In this document: piece by piece, positions 1-13,507 of the stretch
Layout: every line of letters begins with the position of its first letter
Numbering within the stretch: position 1 is the stretch's first letter
From: Euprymna scolopes
Taxonomy: Eukaryota
Strand: one strand, 5' to 3'
Assembly (NCBI GenBank): GCA_053919585.1
Contig: CM132791.1
DNA length: 64,000 nucleotides
The notes under the pieces: generated by a model
Database searches by the model: none
Told to the model about the DNA's origin: nothing
Seen by the model: the letters and a program-made list of their open reading frames with translations, nothing else
Program-made: the position numbers and the translations under genes

Positions 1-476
1 GGAGGATTTCATAACTACACGCCCGTGCTTCTGATCTGGCAACATGCAAGTTGTGGACCGGAGCGTTGTCCTGCAGGAGGAGGGTAACTTTGCTGATCTC
101 ACCCCGCCTCTTGATTTTGATAGCTTCCCTTAATTTCCTCAAAAGGAAAGCATAATAGGCTCCTGTAATTGTGGTACCCTTTGCCAGGAAATCTGTCATC
201 ACTACTCCGTCCTGGTCCCAGAAGACTGTGAGCATGACCTTGCCAATGGAGGGCTGCACCTTTGCCTCTTTGGAGGTGGTGAGTCCAAGTGCTTCCACTG
301 CATTGACTGGGCTTTGGTCTCTGGATCATAGTGATTGACCCAGGTTTCATCCTATGTAATCAGTCTTTTGAAAAACTTTGACCCATCTTCTTGTCACATC
401 TCCAAATTCATCTTCGAGCACTCAACGCATTCTCACAACCTAGGAATCCATCTGGCAGACACCTTATGAACATATG
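1..476 (-). mobile_element. Mariner (DD34D) transposase fragment, decayed; continues off the left edge
   Basis: The reverse complement aligns closely with the mariner copy at ~13530-14030 (RWIPR-like, ITQDET-like and LLQDNAP motifs). It has frameshifts/stops and ends at a (TG)/(TA) microsatellite. Confidence 0.9.
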
Positions 477-486
477 CGTGTGTGTG

Positions 487-554
<68 letters not shown>

Positions 555-556
<2 letters not shown>

Positions 557-1650
557 ACTGATTATAGACAAGTTATCAGAGGCATGTAAAGTTTTTTGAC
601 TAACCATCAGCCTCAAGAAAATATACTACGTTCCTACTGGAATACCTTAGGTTCAACCAAACATCTTAGTTGATGGTAGGAAGTTGAATGTTCCAGGCAG
701 CTTTGTATCTCTTGGTAGTATGCTAATTAAGGACTGTACATTTGTTGCTAAGATGAATAGCCAAAGCCAGTCCTGCTTTTGGCAAACTGGAGAAACATCC
801 GTGGTCAGAATGGGAAATCACATCAAGAACAAATCTTAGTATTTACGAAACATGCTGTATCAGTCAGAAACTTGAATACCATATCAGGCATATCAAGTTA
901 ATGAAAAGGTTCCATCAAAGTTGTATTTGGAAAATACTTAACATTAATTGAATGACTCTAACACTTGACACTGTAGTTCATGAACGATCAAATACCACCA
1001 GTATAGAAATGAAAATCATTCAAAATTAGATGTACTGGACATCTTGCTAGGATGGAGGACAAACATCTTTATAAACAACTATTTCATGGTTAGATAGATT
1101 GGAGTAAAAAACCACAATATAAACAAAGAAAAAGATTAAGAGTTCTCTAAAAACAATTTGAAAATACTTGAAATGGATGTAAATAACTTGGAAGCCTAAT
1201 CGAAAGATCGAACACTGTGGAGAAAAACCATCAGAGAAAGTTGCAAAGTTTTTGGAGAGCGGCATACAGACTTTGTTGTTTGAAAGCGTGTTTCAAGACT
1301 CAGGACGAAAATATAATGTTCGCGAAATTATAACAGGAACTGAAGTGCATTGTATGTGACAGGTACCTTTTTTCAAAAGCTGGTTTTGTAGATCATCTGA
1401 AATTACAAAATACAAGAACGACAATCATACGAAAACGTTATAATAGCATGTCCGGCAATGCTAAGTTATCATATTTGTGGTCTAATCTGCAAGTGGCCTG
1501 ACAGGACATTCAATGATTCACAATATTATCATGCGAACACCCTTACAAGAAGGATAGTTTGTATGTCACATATGTGCCCCTCGTGTAGGACTGAATCTGT
1601 ATTAAAAATTCACCTCTGTGCATACAGCCGCACATCAGTTAACTGAAGAG
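555..1650 (+). mobile_element. RTE-clade LINE 3' fragment (RT C-terminal region plus degenerate C2H2 fingers)
   Basis: Fragmented translation gives KASPAFGKLEK..WS, SET*, KRFHQSC..KILNI, then KCIVCDRYLFSKAGFVDHLK and further C/H-rich segments. Many stops and frameshifts. Confidence 0.75.
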
Positions 1651-1672
1651 ATGGCAAACTTCTGTGAAGAAG

Positions 1673-1737
<65 letters not shown>

Positions 1738-1974
1738 AGAGTAAGTGGGTAGTATTGATGAATTCTGAAATATCCTAGAGGACTCTAGTTTTATGTTTGT
1801 CTCATTATTTAAAATGTTTCACAAATATTATATCCATTCATATTTAACGGTAACAATATCAATTTAAAAATACGTTAATTTTTTCAAAATTACGTTAATC
1901 TAGTTGAAATGTAAATTCCATCAATATTCTACCCATTCTCTCTCACTCTTCTCTCTCTTACTTTCTCTCTCTCT

Positions 1975-2025
<51 letters not shown>

Positions 2026-2057
2026 ATTTATTATGACACTATATATACATATTTCAA

Positions 2058-2131
2058 GGTCGTACCATTGGTTTCGTTACGCCGAATCAACGATAAGAGG
2101 TTGGAAAAAGCAGCTTAAGTTCGTCAGTGAC
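2058..2131 (-). ncRNA. Degenerate type I hammerhead ribozyme motif
   Basis: Minus strand: gtca-CTGACGA-a-cttaagctg...cggcgtaac-GAAA-cc aat gg-TA-cgacc. Core boxes are intact; stems I and II carry mismatches. Confidence 0.55.
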
Positions 2132-2287
2132 AATGAAAAACTTTACCAATGCAAAGTGAACAAACAAGGAGAAAAACGTTAAATGAGCGTTTAAGACTCA
2201 GAGTTTCAGAATTTAAAATCAAAAAAAATATAACTATAAAACCGGCGCCAATAGATTATGGAAGGAAGAAAGCGTGTATATATTTCC

Positions 2288-2600
2288 CTCTGGCTTTGGT
2301 GGAGGGGAGACTAAAACTTTCTGCTACGGTTTCAAATGATCTTAAATAACAGCAAGGGGAGACTTGATTCCAAATATTTCTCATATATTATATTTCCCCT
2401 CTTTTGGAAATAGGGCACGATTAAGAATATCCTCAGTATCAAATAATCCTTATACACTGTGAAATTTATTTTATGTATGAAAAACAAAGAGAGGAGATAT
2501 AACATGAGAAATATTTGGAATCAAGTCTCCCCTCGCTGTTATTTCAAATCATTTGAAACAATAATAGTGAGTTTTACTTACCCCTCCATCAAGGCCATAG
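2288..2600. repeat. Fold-back / MITE-like inverted repeat (~115-bp arms, ~85-bp spacer)
   Basis: 2288-2403 is the diverged reverse complement of 2488-2600 (e.g. ggggagacttgattccaaatatttctcat vs atgagaaatatttggaatcaagtctcccc). Confidence 0.8.
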
Positions 2601-2855
2601 TTTTTTGTGGAACTATAAGATAATCTGTAATTCATATACAAAACTAGGAAACAAATTACTATGATTGAAACATTTTATGGCTGTAAAAAAAAGTGCCGAA
2701 AATAGGCGCTGGATGATGGATGATCATCTTAATAAAAAGCAAATGTCACATAGCTCGCTACACAATTCAGGCCATTACCTTTCCTACGAACCTTCATTTG
2801 TTAAACTTTGATCAATAGTCGCTGAGATTTAGAACTTATAAAATTGCAAAAAGCT

Positions 2856-2887
<32 letters not shown>

Positions 2888-2890
<3 letters not shown>

Positions 2891-3075
2891 CTACTTCATT
2901 TAATCACATAAATTAATATACGAAAGTATAAATTTATTAAGTATTTAAGTATTTACTTCAACAGTGTTCAATACGTAGGTAGAGCTAGGTAGTAAGTTAT
3001 AAAATATATATGGCGATTAAGCTACACAAAATATTCCGCGTTTCATCCACACTAGGATTCATCCGGCTTATAACC
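2888..3075 (-). mobile_element. HHR-bearing short element, same family as 29667-29905; core mutated
   Basis: Clear similarity to 29667-29905. The HHR at 3018-3070 reads CGGATGA instead of CTGANGA. The element abuts a (TA)n tract. Confidence 0.8.
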
Positions 3076-3433
3076 AATCTAACTAACAAACTCATTTTAA
3101 AGCACCTGGAAAAATCTATATTAATATGTGTGTTCGATTTTTGTTTTTTTTTTTTGATAAAAAAAATTATTTAGAATTAATTAACAAATAATGTTGTTTA
3201 CATTCTCATAATTAAGTATGCTCGAACAAAATCATAATTCATTAATTTCAAATGCCATTCTGGAAGGTGAATGTTTACAGAATCGGTAAATTAATTGGAC
3301 GCTTGGATAAAAATATAAATGTATAAAGATTTACACATGGTATATTATCATTATAGATTTCTCTGAAGAAGCTCAGAATAGTGCTAAACATTATGTAAGC
3401 TAATTGTGAAGTAATTTCGTTTTCTTCATTTTT

Positions 3434-3503
<70 letters not shown>

Positions 3504-3610
3504 CTGATGATGAACTCTCGTGTTTGCATAAGTAATACCGTTATTAGATGAAACGTATATAAAATTCATATAAGGGAAAACATGCATATGTTTCCAATTC
3601 TGTATATAAA

Positions 3611-3838
3611 CTAGCAGGCCGCCGGGCGTTGCCGAGTCATAAAGTACACATAAATACTATATTTAATTAATACAGAAACTGAGGCATGTGCATGCGAGTA
3701 TCATGTTTTTTTCTAAATAGATCACTTCTTGTAAGTAAAAAAAAAAACACTCGAGCTGAGATCGAAACCAAAACCTTGAGTACATAGGTTGAGAAGTCTC
3801 CTTACACACACACATTCTCACTTTTATAGATATTTAGA
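3611..3838 (-). mobile_element. Non-autonomous Helitron-like element (228 bp)
   Basis: Minus strand starts TC (tctaaatatctataaaagtgag, then a GT microsatellite) and ends with a GC-rich hairpin and CTAG. It lies between A and T. Confidence 0.7.
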
Positions 3839-3862
3839 TTAACTGTTGCATTTAATAATCGT

Positions 3863-3864
<2 letters not shown>

Positions 3865-3924
<60 letters not shown>
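3865..3924. repeat. (AAT)n microsatellite
   Basis: Direct inspection. Confidence 0.95.
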
Positions 3925-3925
<1 letters not shown>

Positions 3926-4195
3926 TGTATTATATAAGCTAACACAATAGCAACGTATAATGCTGATCATTAGAAAAATTAAATCTAAATATTTTTTTAC
4001 ATAGGCATCATCACTTATCAAGGCATATGAGCCACTCGAGGATAAAGGTTAAAGAGTGTACAGTAGTCAATTGGATAATATAGTAATCGTTAGTAATGAA
4101 AATTCGGTAAATTTGTTAACTTAAGTGGAACGGCTCATCAAGAACTTGTTTACGTTGGACTTGAAGATATATTATATTCAAATAATAATAAATCC

Positions 4196-4930
4196 TTCTA
4201 GACTGAGACATTTTGCACAACTAATAATAGTAAGTAATTTAAAATGCAATCAGGTATTTATATTCAGAGATGAAATATCTTATTTTCTGGAAAAAAATGC
4301 AAGTAAACAATTATGTCTAGGCGTGGTATTTTTTATTTCTTTGGATTATTGTGTTATTGTTTTTGTTTTTTTTGCTGGCATAAAATAAAATACAGATACT
4401 GTTTATTTTGTTGTGATAGCATGAATTAGCACACATTATGCAGGAGAACGGGGGTTAGTAAAAAATGTGAATAAGAAATAGCAAAAAGATAATTAATAAT
4501 ATCTACAAAAAAAAAACAAAAAAACAAGAGAAAATCTTACTGAAGAAAACGTTTTTGCCAAAGGTTCCCTGTATGTATAGTAAATAAAACGCATGATGCC
4601 TACAGTTATAACAAAAAAAATGTAAATACTAGCGAACAAATATTTTATTCGTTCGAATAAGTAATTCTCCTAGACTTAAACATCTTTCAAATATTTTTCA
4701 AGTAAATGGAAAGCAACCAGGTATTTAGATCCGCACTTAAATATTTTATTCTCCAACAAAGGCGCAAGTAAACAATTATATCTACGCATAATATTTAAAT
4801 ATTTTATTTACTTTAGAACGATTGTATTGTTACATTTTTATGTATGATGCAATACAGAATATTTCAAAAGAAAATAATGATATTCATTTTGCGAAAAAAA
4901 ATCACACTGTTTATTTTATTGTAACAATGG
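4196..4930. repeat. Diverged tandem duplication (~250-bp units, ~470-bp period)
   Basis: ctagact...caggtattta...gcaagtaaacaattat...actgtttattt occurs at ~4196-4420 and ~4668-4930. Confidence 0.65.
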
Positions 4931-5006
4931 TAACTGTGTAAATAAGTAAATTTTAGTTGTTTCTATTATTTGAAAAAGTTTGTATGACATTATATCGCCG
5001 GAAATA

Positions 5007-5088
<82 letters not shown>

Positions 5089-7764
5089 TGAAAAGCACAA
5101 CGTCCAAAAATGTTTGTGAGCTGAAACATTGGTAGACGTTGAATATGTTCATTTAAACGGAAAGCGGTTATGCAAAACGTTTAATTATCATGCAGCTAGA
5201 ATTACAAAATAGAAATTCGTGAATGATTTAATATAGCCGTGCGGTAATTGCTTGTTTCTATATCCACAAATAATCCAGTGTCAATGGATGGTATGTTCAT
5301 AGATATTTTATAGGGAGGGAATATGATTGCTATCCTCTTTTCGAAGAAACAGAAATCTCAGAATAAGTGTTACATTTTTGTGTAATAATTAAATGTAAAA
5401 ATATTTTCATGAAACGCGCTGTATGAAGTCCTATTGGGGTTGTACAGGAAATATTTTCATATGAGGTGTTCGGTTATTTTCATGGGATTGCTGAATTTAC
5501 AAAAAGGGAAAATCGAAATTACTTTATTACATACAAGGAGATATGACTCAAAATTAGATGTAGAGAAATTATTTTCTTTACTAAATTTTTTGTATCTTAT
5601 TTTACAATTTTTTAAGGGAGGTGCGAATTTGCGTGGACGTACCCTTTAAATGACAAGGTTTTCAAAGAAAAAATGCATAAATGCACTCCTCATACTGCCG
5701 AGAATACATATTCTAAAATTCATAATGATCAGTTTATTAGGTTAGGAATTTATCCAAAACAACGAAACATATACACATACCTTACTTTAGATATAGTAAC
5801 TCCTTACATGTTAAAAATTACAAAAAAAAAAAGAAATAAATAAATAAAATGATAATAATGTTTTCATCTTACTCAATGCATTCGTTCATTTCTCTAGGAG
5901 ATTATCCCGTACATGGAAATATATATATATAAATACGTACGCATACCTAACTTATATTGAGAGAGATAAGTAAATATGATTGGCCAGTAATAAAAGTTGT
6001 ATATATCTCCAAAGACTTTTCTGTGTATAAACATTTGTTAATAAAATTGATATTACAATGTCAACCAGTAGAGTTTTGGTGCGCCATTTTACATATATAT
6101 TTTTTAAATCATATTTTTTTTTTAAATTTGATTATTTTCAGAGAAAATCTATGAATGCTTCTTTCATCAGCCAATGAATTTTGTTATGAAAGTAAATGAC
6201 TTAATAAACTTGATTTCTATCACAAGTGAAAGGAGGTACACGTGTATTTGGCTGTTAATGCTTAAAAAGGAGACAAACATGCGAGATCGGTGTTCACATG
6301 TATTTACAAACCTGGCAGCCAACTTTGTATATCTTCAATTACCTACACGAGTGATGCCGAGTAGAGATGTGCAGATCATATTATAACATAAATACAGTCT
6401 ATTTCTTGTATATATTTTCGTAATTAATTATTTTTATTTTGTTTTTTGACAATAATTACGCATTTATTTTCATCTGTTGAAACTTTTTCACTAAATTCCC
6501 GACATTGATTAATTGCGCAGAGATTTTTTACTAACAATTTCAGAATTTTTAATCATGGCCTCTTATCAAGTCTCAATGGCTATTTCATCTATCTTATATA
6601 TTATGCCATAAATATGTAATCATTATAATGCATGTCGTGTATCTTTTTACATATTTATAATTTGTTTGTAACATTACATGAATTAAGATAGCACAAGCAT
6701 TCTGATTTTTTTTTTCAAAATGGTGAACCAAATTTAACCGAAAATAATTAGATCACCCGCGTTCCGTTAGGAAATGAATTCTTTTTAATGGCATTTCTTT
6801 CCATTTAAATTAATAATCTTTTTTTTTTTTTGTTTTTAAAAATAATACCTTGTAGAAATTGGGTACATAAGATGCGCAGTGGAAATACAGATAATTTAAG
6901 AGATTCAATTAAATAAATTTGGCAAAAAATAAAACAAGCATGCTTCAGTTGTGATAGGAACTGCTTATAAATAAGAACAATCTAGAGAAATGTGTGCAGA
7001 ACAGGCAACTTTGTTGGTGTGGGCACATTGACAGAATATGTGAAAGCTCTTGAGTTAGTAGACATAACAGTTGATGTTGCGGGGTCAGTTTGCAGAGAAA
7101 TACCAGATTAAACATTGGGGGTTAGGGTTAGGGTTAGGGTAGCGATAAGAAAGTATTTGAAAAAGAAATACCTGACCATAGATAGTTTCTTTTTAAGCAA
7201 ACCAGTCTATTTCTGCTTCCAGTTTTGAATTCTACATTACCTTTTTATTCTGATTTTTTTAAAAACTTTTATTATTTTTTATTTTCAAATTATAAATAAA
7301 ATAAAACTAGATCCGTAGGGGTTCTAGAAGTTCATCTGTAATCCAAAAAATCGCAGGTAATCCACATTAAAAAAAACCCCTCTTAACCTCTACCTCGGAG
7401 TTCATGGATAACGTCATCTCTGTTTTAAGAAATGTCATCATTCTTTAGCGACATCACCCTTTAGCAACACATTATCGAATGTGCACAAAGATAAACAAAC
7501 AAGATAACAAATGTGATTTTAAAACACAGAGCTTTAGTATCATATTGAATGAAGTAAAATGTGTATGATAATTGTCCGGTGTGAATAACAGAACCAAGAT
7601 ATTATTGTAAGACACCATTATACAAGACCTATATCACTAATTTCTTGTAAACTTGTGATTACTTAAATTATATTACTTTGTTTTCAGTTGTATCTGTAAA
7701 AAAAGAGATCAAGAGAAAGGCAGAGATTCGGAGAGTCAGAGAGATAGAGACATCATATTTATAT

Positions 7765-8195
7765 TATAGATTTTGTAGCATTTGGATTATTGGGACTACT
7801 CTTTTCATCTCGGATATTATTCTCGAAACATCAGACGTTTTTCATGTGCATCTTGTAGATTTCAGAAATCTTTATGTCGAATTCGGGAATCAGTATTGAA
7901 TCTGGAATTGGACTTATTATTTAATCGCTTACTATTTTTCTGTAAACCATGATCGGATCGAAATCTTAAATAATTTGTAATTGTATTCTTAGTATCGCCC
8001 CCACTGAAGATTGAACCTTCAACCTCCAGAAGAAAGTAGAACTGGTCATTATTAGCACATATCCATTGCGCCACGGGCCCTTGCTACAATGGCCGAAACG
8101 TTGTGAGAATAACATCCAAAATGAGAACAGCAGTCTGAATAATCCAAATGATACAAATTATCAATCCTCATCTCAAAAATTCTAAAACGTAATTA
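7765..8195. mobile_element. tRNA-Arg-headed SINE-like element (minus, 8080->7765) joined head-to-head to a 3' partial copy (plus, ~8085-8195) with an HHR 3' half
   Basis: Minus strand begins gggcccgtggcgcaatggata (tRNA-Arg-like, A box) with B-box-like ggttcaatc. 7770-7830 is the diverged reverse complement of 8100-8160. ggccGAAACGTTgtg and the downstream tail are shared with the elements at 45.4-46.0 kb and 58.4-58.6 kb. Confidence 0.7.
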
Positions 8196-10019
8196 TAGAT
8201 ATTGTCTTGATTTATGTTCTTTGTTATTCTTTGCCTTTATAGCGCAAATTGCTTCTATCTAATGCAGCATAATTTCCTAAAGAACGGTCAGGTAATATCA
8301 AAGATACACTCATGAAAGCACTAAAATATTTCTATGCATGTCATAAAAGTAGAGATGAGGAATATTAAACAATGTGTCTCTCATGTTCATTTTACATATT
8401 AATAACTTTTACTTTTGATATAAGTTCACATAGACAGCTCGTTGACATTGCGTAGAGACGGACAGCAAGATTGAAAAATATGATATGATAGGTTCGGGCA
8501 GAGAGGAGATGCCAGCCAGTCAGCCATTCTAATTAGAATGCAAGTGTTCATTTGTGCATCCCTTTACTGGCATTTCTGCGTTGCCCTGCCCTTGATTTAA
8601 GCATGCAACAGCAATGCATGCCTGCATCATCTCTTGTCCATTTTTCTTTCCCAATAGCATGATACATTTTACCATAGATTAAGGTATCAATACCTAATTT
8701 GTTTTTACTCTTGATTCCTACTTTCTCAAATGTCAAGTTCACTTGGGCTTTATTAATGTGGATAGTATTCAAGCCCCGTCAGAAGGGATTTTATTATGAA
8801 CCCAGTCTGACTGTACAGCGTTTAAGGTAGAAAACAAGGAACTGATTAAGTTTGTTCGTATTCGTTTTCTTCTTCTTTTTTTTTTTTTGCTGCGCTTGCC
8901 TCTGCTAGTGCAGATAATTATCAATGTGATGCTGGATTTTGGCAATAAGCTTTATAAGATATTTTGATGAATGACTACAACAATTTTCTAAAATTATTGT
9001 CATTTAATTTTTATTTTGCAACTCTTCAGATTACTAGAGATAAACAGCAAATTTTTCGATTATAAGATATTCTTTTGCAATTGACATCTGCAATTTAGCA
9101 TATATGTTTTGCCACATTTTAAAAGTAAAACTGAACTATCAATCGATCTGACATATTGATATTTGATTCAAACTAGTCAATTCATCATTCCTTCCACTCT
9201 GTTATTGAAATAGACGCATTTATTTTGCATTAATTGTTTTTGAAAATAATTCTGGAAACTTTTAGAGTAGAGATTCTCTGCCTTATTCACCGAATATTCT
9301 TATATATTAAAGTGACGCAATCGTGTCATAAATATTTTCCTTAAATCGCCAAAATTTATTGCCATTTCATCTTACCATTGTTTATAAAAACGAATCAGTT
9401 AATTTTTCTTTTATTGCTGGGCAACTAGGTTTTAATATAAAGCGGTTATTTGTGAGATGATATTTTCCAATGACTTGTTCATCACTTTAAATACTTTTTT
9501 ATTCGATTTTGTTTTAATCGTGTTAGTGATTGAACAACAAATTATCAGATCAGGATTTTTAAAACTTATTCACCTTTTTATGAAGATAATTGCAACTTCA
9601 CGTCCTTTGCTGATATCATTATTAAATTATAGATTATGTTAACTTATGTTAACTATAAATTATGTTAACTTATTCATTTTTATTTATTTTAAATTCGTTA
9701 AAAAGCGTTTATAACATTACATATACATAATTAGTTTTAGTGTTCTGAAAAATGAACTTTTACAACTTGACCGCCACCGTTTGCAACATAGTAAATTAGA
9801 ATTGTCAGAGGTAAAAAAAAAATATGCTTAAAGTCAATTTCACTTAAAGTTTGTGTGAAAGGTAAAATTTGTTGTTCAAGGAAATTTTTGATTTAATAAT
9901 TCCAATCGTTTTTATAGAAATTGAACAAAACATAAAAGAGACGAAAACACAGTAATAAAACAACTAGAAAAATATTTTGTTTTTTAAAACATTTTAATTT
10001 TATAGATTAGCAAAAGCGA

Positions 10020-10073
<54 letters not shown>

Positions 10074-10575
10074 ATTTAAAACAGGTTTTTCGTGATTCCA
10101 CAACTCATGAGTTTGGCTGTTTAGTATATATCGTGCCATTCAGAACTGCTGACATTTCTTATCGTGTTTATTAGGATCTCTAGTTCCGTTTTTCAAATTA
10201 TTTGAAATCGTCCACATACATTAGGTAGTTTTTTATTCTTTGTGCATGAAATTTTTATAGCAATCACAATACCTGAGTATGTTGCTGAATGGCATCATGG
10301 CTATGATAAACAGTATTTAAGATAGAGACTTCTTTGAATATTGCTTCTCTATCAGATGCTGTGTTACAGTTGTCAGTTCCAGTCTCTATATTTTCATTGC
10401 TTTTTCCAAAATGTAGATAATTTTATCAGACATTTATACATTATTATTAGTAGTAGTAGCAGTAGTAAAGAAGTATTTATGGTATTATAACACCTAACTG
10501 AATATGTCAATGGTTCTCCATGCCAATTTTGTATAATTTTATTCATTAGTTTTGGTATTTATAGCTATTTATTCT

Positions 10576-10611
<36 letters not shown>

Positions 10612-10924
10612 ATGTTCCCCTACAACATATTGTTTAAATTTTCCATATAATTTGAAATCTCTAATTTTTTTTATTTTTACTATTAACAGAATTTACCTCC
10701 TCCCCTCCCATGACACACCCAGAACCTTAGAAATGCTTTAGGCTAATTTTGGTGCAATTCTGTTAAGTAGGTTTTCAGTCTATAAGTGAGCAACAGACAC
10801 ACGGAAAAATTGCTCAATTATAATAATGATTCTTTAAATTCCAAATATGAGTTTTATATTTTCTGATAATATTTGAAACATGTTGACATTATTAGAATCA
10901 CAAGATTAAAATTCAGTGTAAATG

Positions 10925-11175
10925 CTCACCTATGCAAACTAACCGACCTCTTGCTCTTTCTCTCAAATCCATCCTTATCAGTTATTCCCATGTTTTCCTT
11001 GACTGTTACTTGAAAACTCAACTATTAATCTAGTAATCCAATAACACTCACCCATTCTTTCAGTGTGACTAAACCAACGAAGTCTCCTGTTCGGCACCTA
11101 TACTGTCCTGATTAAATCTTCCTCTAAGTTCATCAGATTAAGAATCACATTACACATCTATCATATCATTCTAAT
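10925..11175 (-). mobile_element. RTE-like LINE 3' fragment
   Basis: Minus translation resembles RMI.WMCNV...SDELRGR...RRLRWFSH.ERM; similar to 20205-20545. Confidence 0.65.
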
Positions 11176-11350
11176 GTGAGAATTGAGAAAGATAGAATTC
11201 AATTTTTAAAAATCCTCTCATGTTAATGAGCTTTATGAATAAAAATAATTAGAATTGAAAAATTTGAGCAAATTTTACTGATTAAATCACTACAAATTCA
11301 ACATTTTTCTAAATTTATAACTTTAGTTGTTTGATCCGTATTTGTACACA

Positions 11351-12277
11351 TGTTACGTGACCGTTCCTAGGAGCAGTAGGGCTCCCCATTTGGGGGAGGT
11401 TGAGACTTCCGAAACTCTGGAGGATGATGGGCAGCTGTGTTTGTGTTATTTGTTAAGTATTATTGTATGACCGGGTAACGACGGCCGACCTTGCTGAAAG
11501 GAAGAGTTAAGTTACACATTTTATTATTTTTTATGAAACCAACATATAAATCTGACTGTTTGGTGAAAGTGACAATTCAATGTCACTTTGAGAGACTTAA
11601 CGAAATATAATTTCATTTCCTCTGAGCACAATGCCAGATGAGCGGTCACGGGGTTAACCTCTTCCGATCATGAGAACCACAACTGAGAGTGTTCACAGAT
11701 TCGCAGGTGCATGCAGGAAATCGGGAATTCCCCTGGAATGACGTACTTATTGGCGATTGGTCTAGGGAACAACCTACCGTACCCCAATACCTCGATATAT
11801 AAGCGAATCCCCATGCCAAAATCAATAGTTGGAACTGAGTTCTGAGCGAATATAATCCTGACCGAAGAGCTGTCACCACCCCTCTCTGCCTGTCCGTCAC
11901 CACCGTAAAAACTGAGAGTAATTAAATCTAATTGGGATTCAATAGTGTTTGTTAAATATCAACCACGGAACAATTGTATATAAGTGTATATCATATTTTG
12001 TATATCTAACCTGAATTAACAAAGTAGAATAGAGATACCTGAGTCTGTCTTTCTTTTACGCACATGAAAATCTATTCACTTCCAGCATGATAGCGGCATA
12101 TCAACTCAAACGTGAGATCGACTCCGACCAAACATATCAACGAGATCTACTGCGCCAAGAGAACTTATGGAGAATTCCTTGTGAAGAACGAGCATGATGC
12201 ATATGTGACAAGGTGATCCCCATTAGGGATTGCTGAGGGCTCACATCTGGTTGCTGGTGACCCAGAAAGGTCACACA
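11351..12277. mobile_element. Possible solo LTR
   Basis: GC-elevated block starting TGTTACGTGACC and ending GGTCACACA (TG...CA, short terminal dyad); non-coding. No second copy in the window. Confidence 0.3.
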
Positions 12278-13059
12278 CAGATTTTATGAGATCAAAATGT
12301 TTTTCATTGTGTTAACAAATATTCAAGGTCAGACAGTATCGGTGCCCTATTCCATAATCTGTGCAGGTCCACATAATAATAATAATAAAAAACAGAATTT
12401 AATTTTTTATAACTGAAAACAAGTGAATTAAACCAATTATATTTTTCAGTATTTATTCCATAAATTATGTTTATAGGAAATTCTCAATTTAACATCAAAG
12501 AAGGGTTGATGCTGGTATGATAGGAAGGGTTGGGAGTTGATGGAGTAAATTTGGGGAACTTGTGTGATTATTAGCCAGAAGAACATTACTATTGTCGACC
12601 AAGGGATGTGAACGTCGTAATGATGTGTCTAAAGAGACTCATAAGACATACCAGTCAAGGATCCATTCTAGGCAAAAGCTGAGCCAGCTTGGTAACCTTT
12701 TATATGTCGAACTGAGGTATTGTTCCTGGATAATCCTATCTTTGCTCTTTGATCTGGACTTCGTTTATTGCTGACTGACTGAGACGCTCCAACCAGAGAA
12801 TGCTGACAGGATTGTGCAGGCAAATTTTAATAAGGAAGTTGGCTTTGATTCTTTTCAACTTCCGACCTTGTGTCACAACTGCCTGCAGTGGAAAGGCAGT
12901 AAATAATGTCTAAGAGAGCAGTCTTTTCTGTAACATACTAATCTGTACTTCTGCAAATACACATTTTGTAAATATACCACCGTGTTGTCTTATTTATTAT
13001 TGGTCCTTCAAGTCCACAACACTAACAAGAAGAGCATTACTGCTGTTGAACAAATGAAG

Positions 13060-13400
13060 AGACCATCATTGATGAATCAAAGTGAAACTTGGTCAGTAAA
13101 GATTGAGAATATGTGCGAGATGGAGACAAATCGTATCATAATGGTATGTTGGACACTATATATGATATGTGTAGTGCAAGAGAATTTGTCAGTTTAGTTA
13201 CTTTGAAAGAATGAATGAGAGAATGAAAGAATGTAGAACAGTAAAGCTAGTAGGGTCATTTGTCAGGAAAGCATCGAGGAAATGATAAAGGTGAATTTGA
13301 GAGAAAAAGGGACATATAAAGAAATAGGTTAGTTTGGAAGTCAACTTTTAAAAGGCACTCAACACATGTGAGTATGTAAAACAAATATTAAATCAAAGAA
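13060..13400 (+). mobile_element. RTE-like LINE 3' fragment
   Basis: SETWSVKIENMCEMETNRIIMVCW resembles the conserved RTE SETW...RLE..E..M.RW region. Confidence 0.55.
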
Positions 13401-13507
13401 GAAGAGGAAGAAGGTGGTGGTGATGGTGGTGGTGGAAGTGTTACAGAATTTAAATATAGTATAGATTGATGAACACGCACATTTTTTCTGCCATTTTGTC
13501 AATTTAA

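Noticed and set aside
3502-3560. CTGATGA...GAAACGTA as a hammerhead
   Set aside because: No convincing stem II or stem I; at best an unrecognisable relic.
6130-6172. Minus-strand CTGATGA...GAAA as a hammerhead
   Set aside because: Weak stem II and no stem III/NUH/stem I arrangement.
8548-8772. 74-aa Cys-containing ORF as gene or transposase piece
   Set aside because: Non-ATG start, no confidently recognisable motif and no supporting splice structure.
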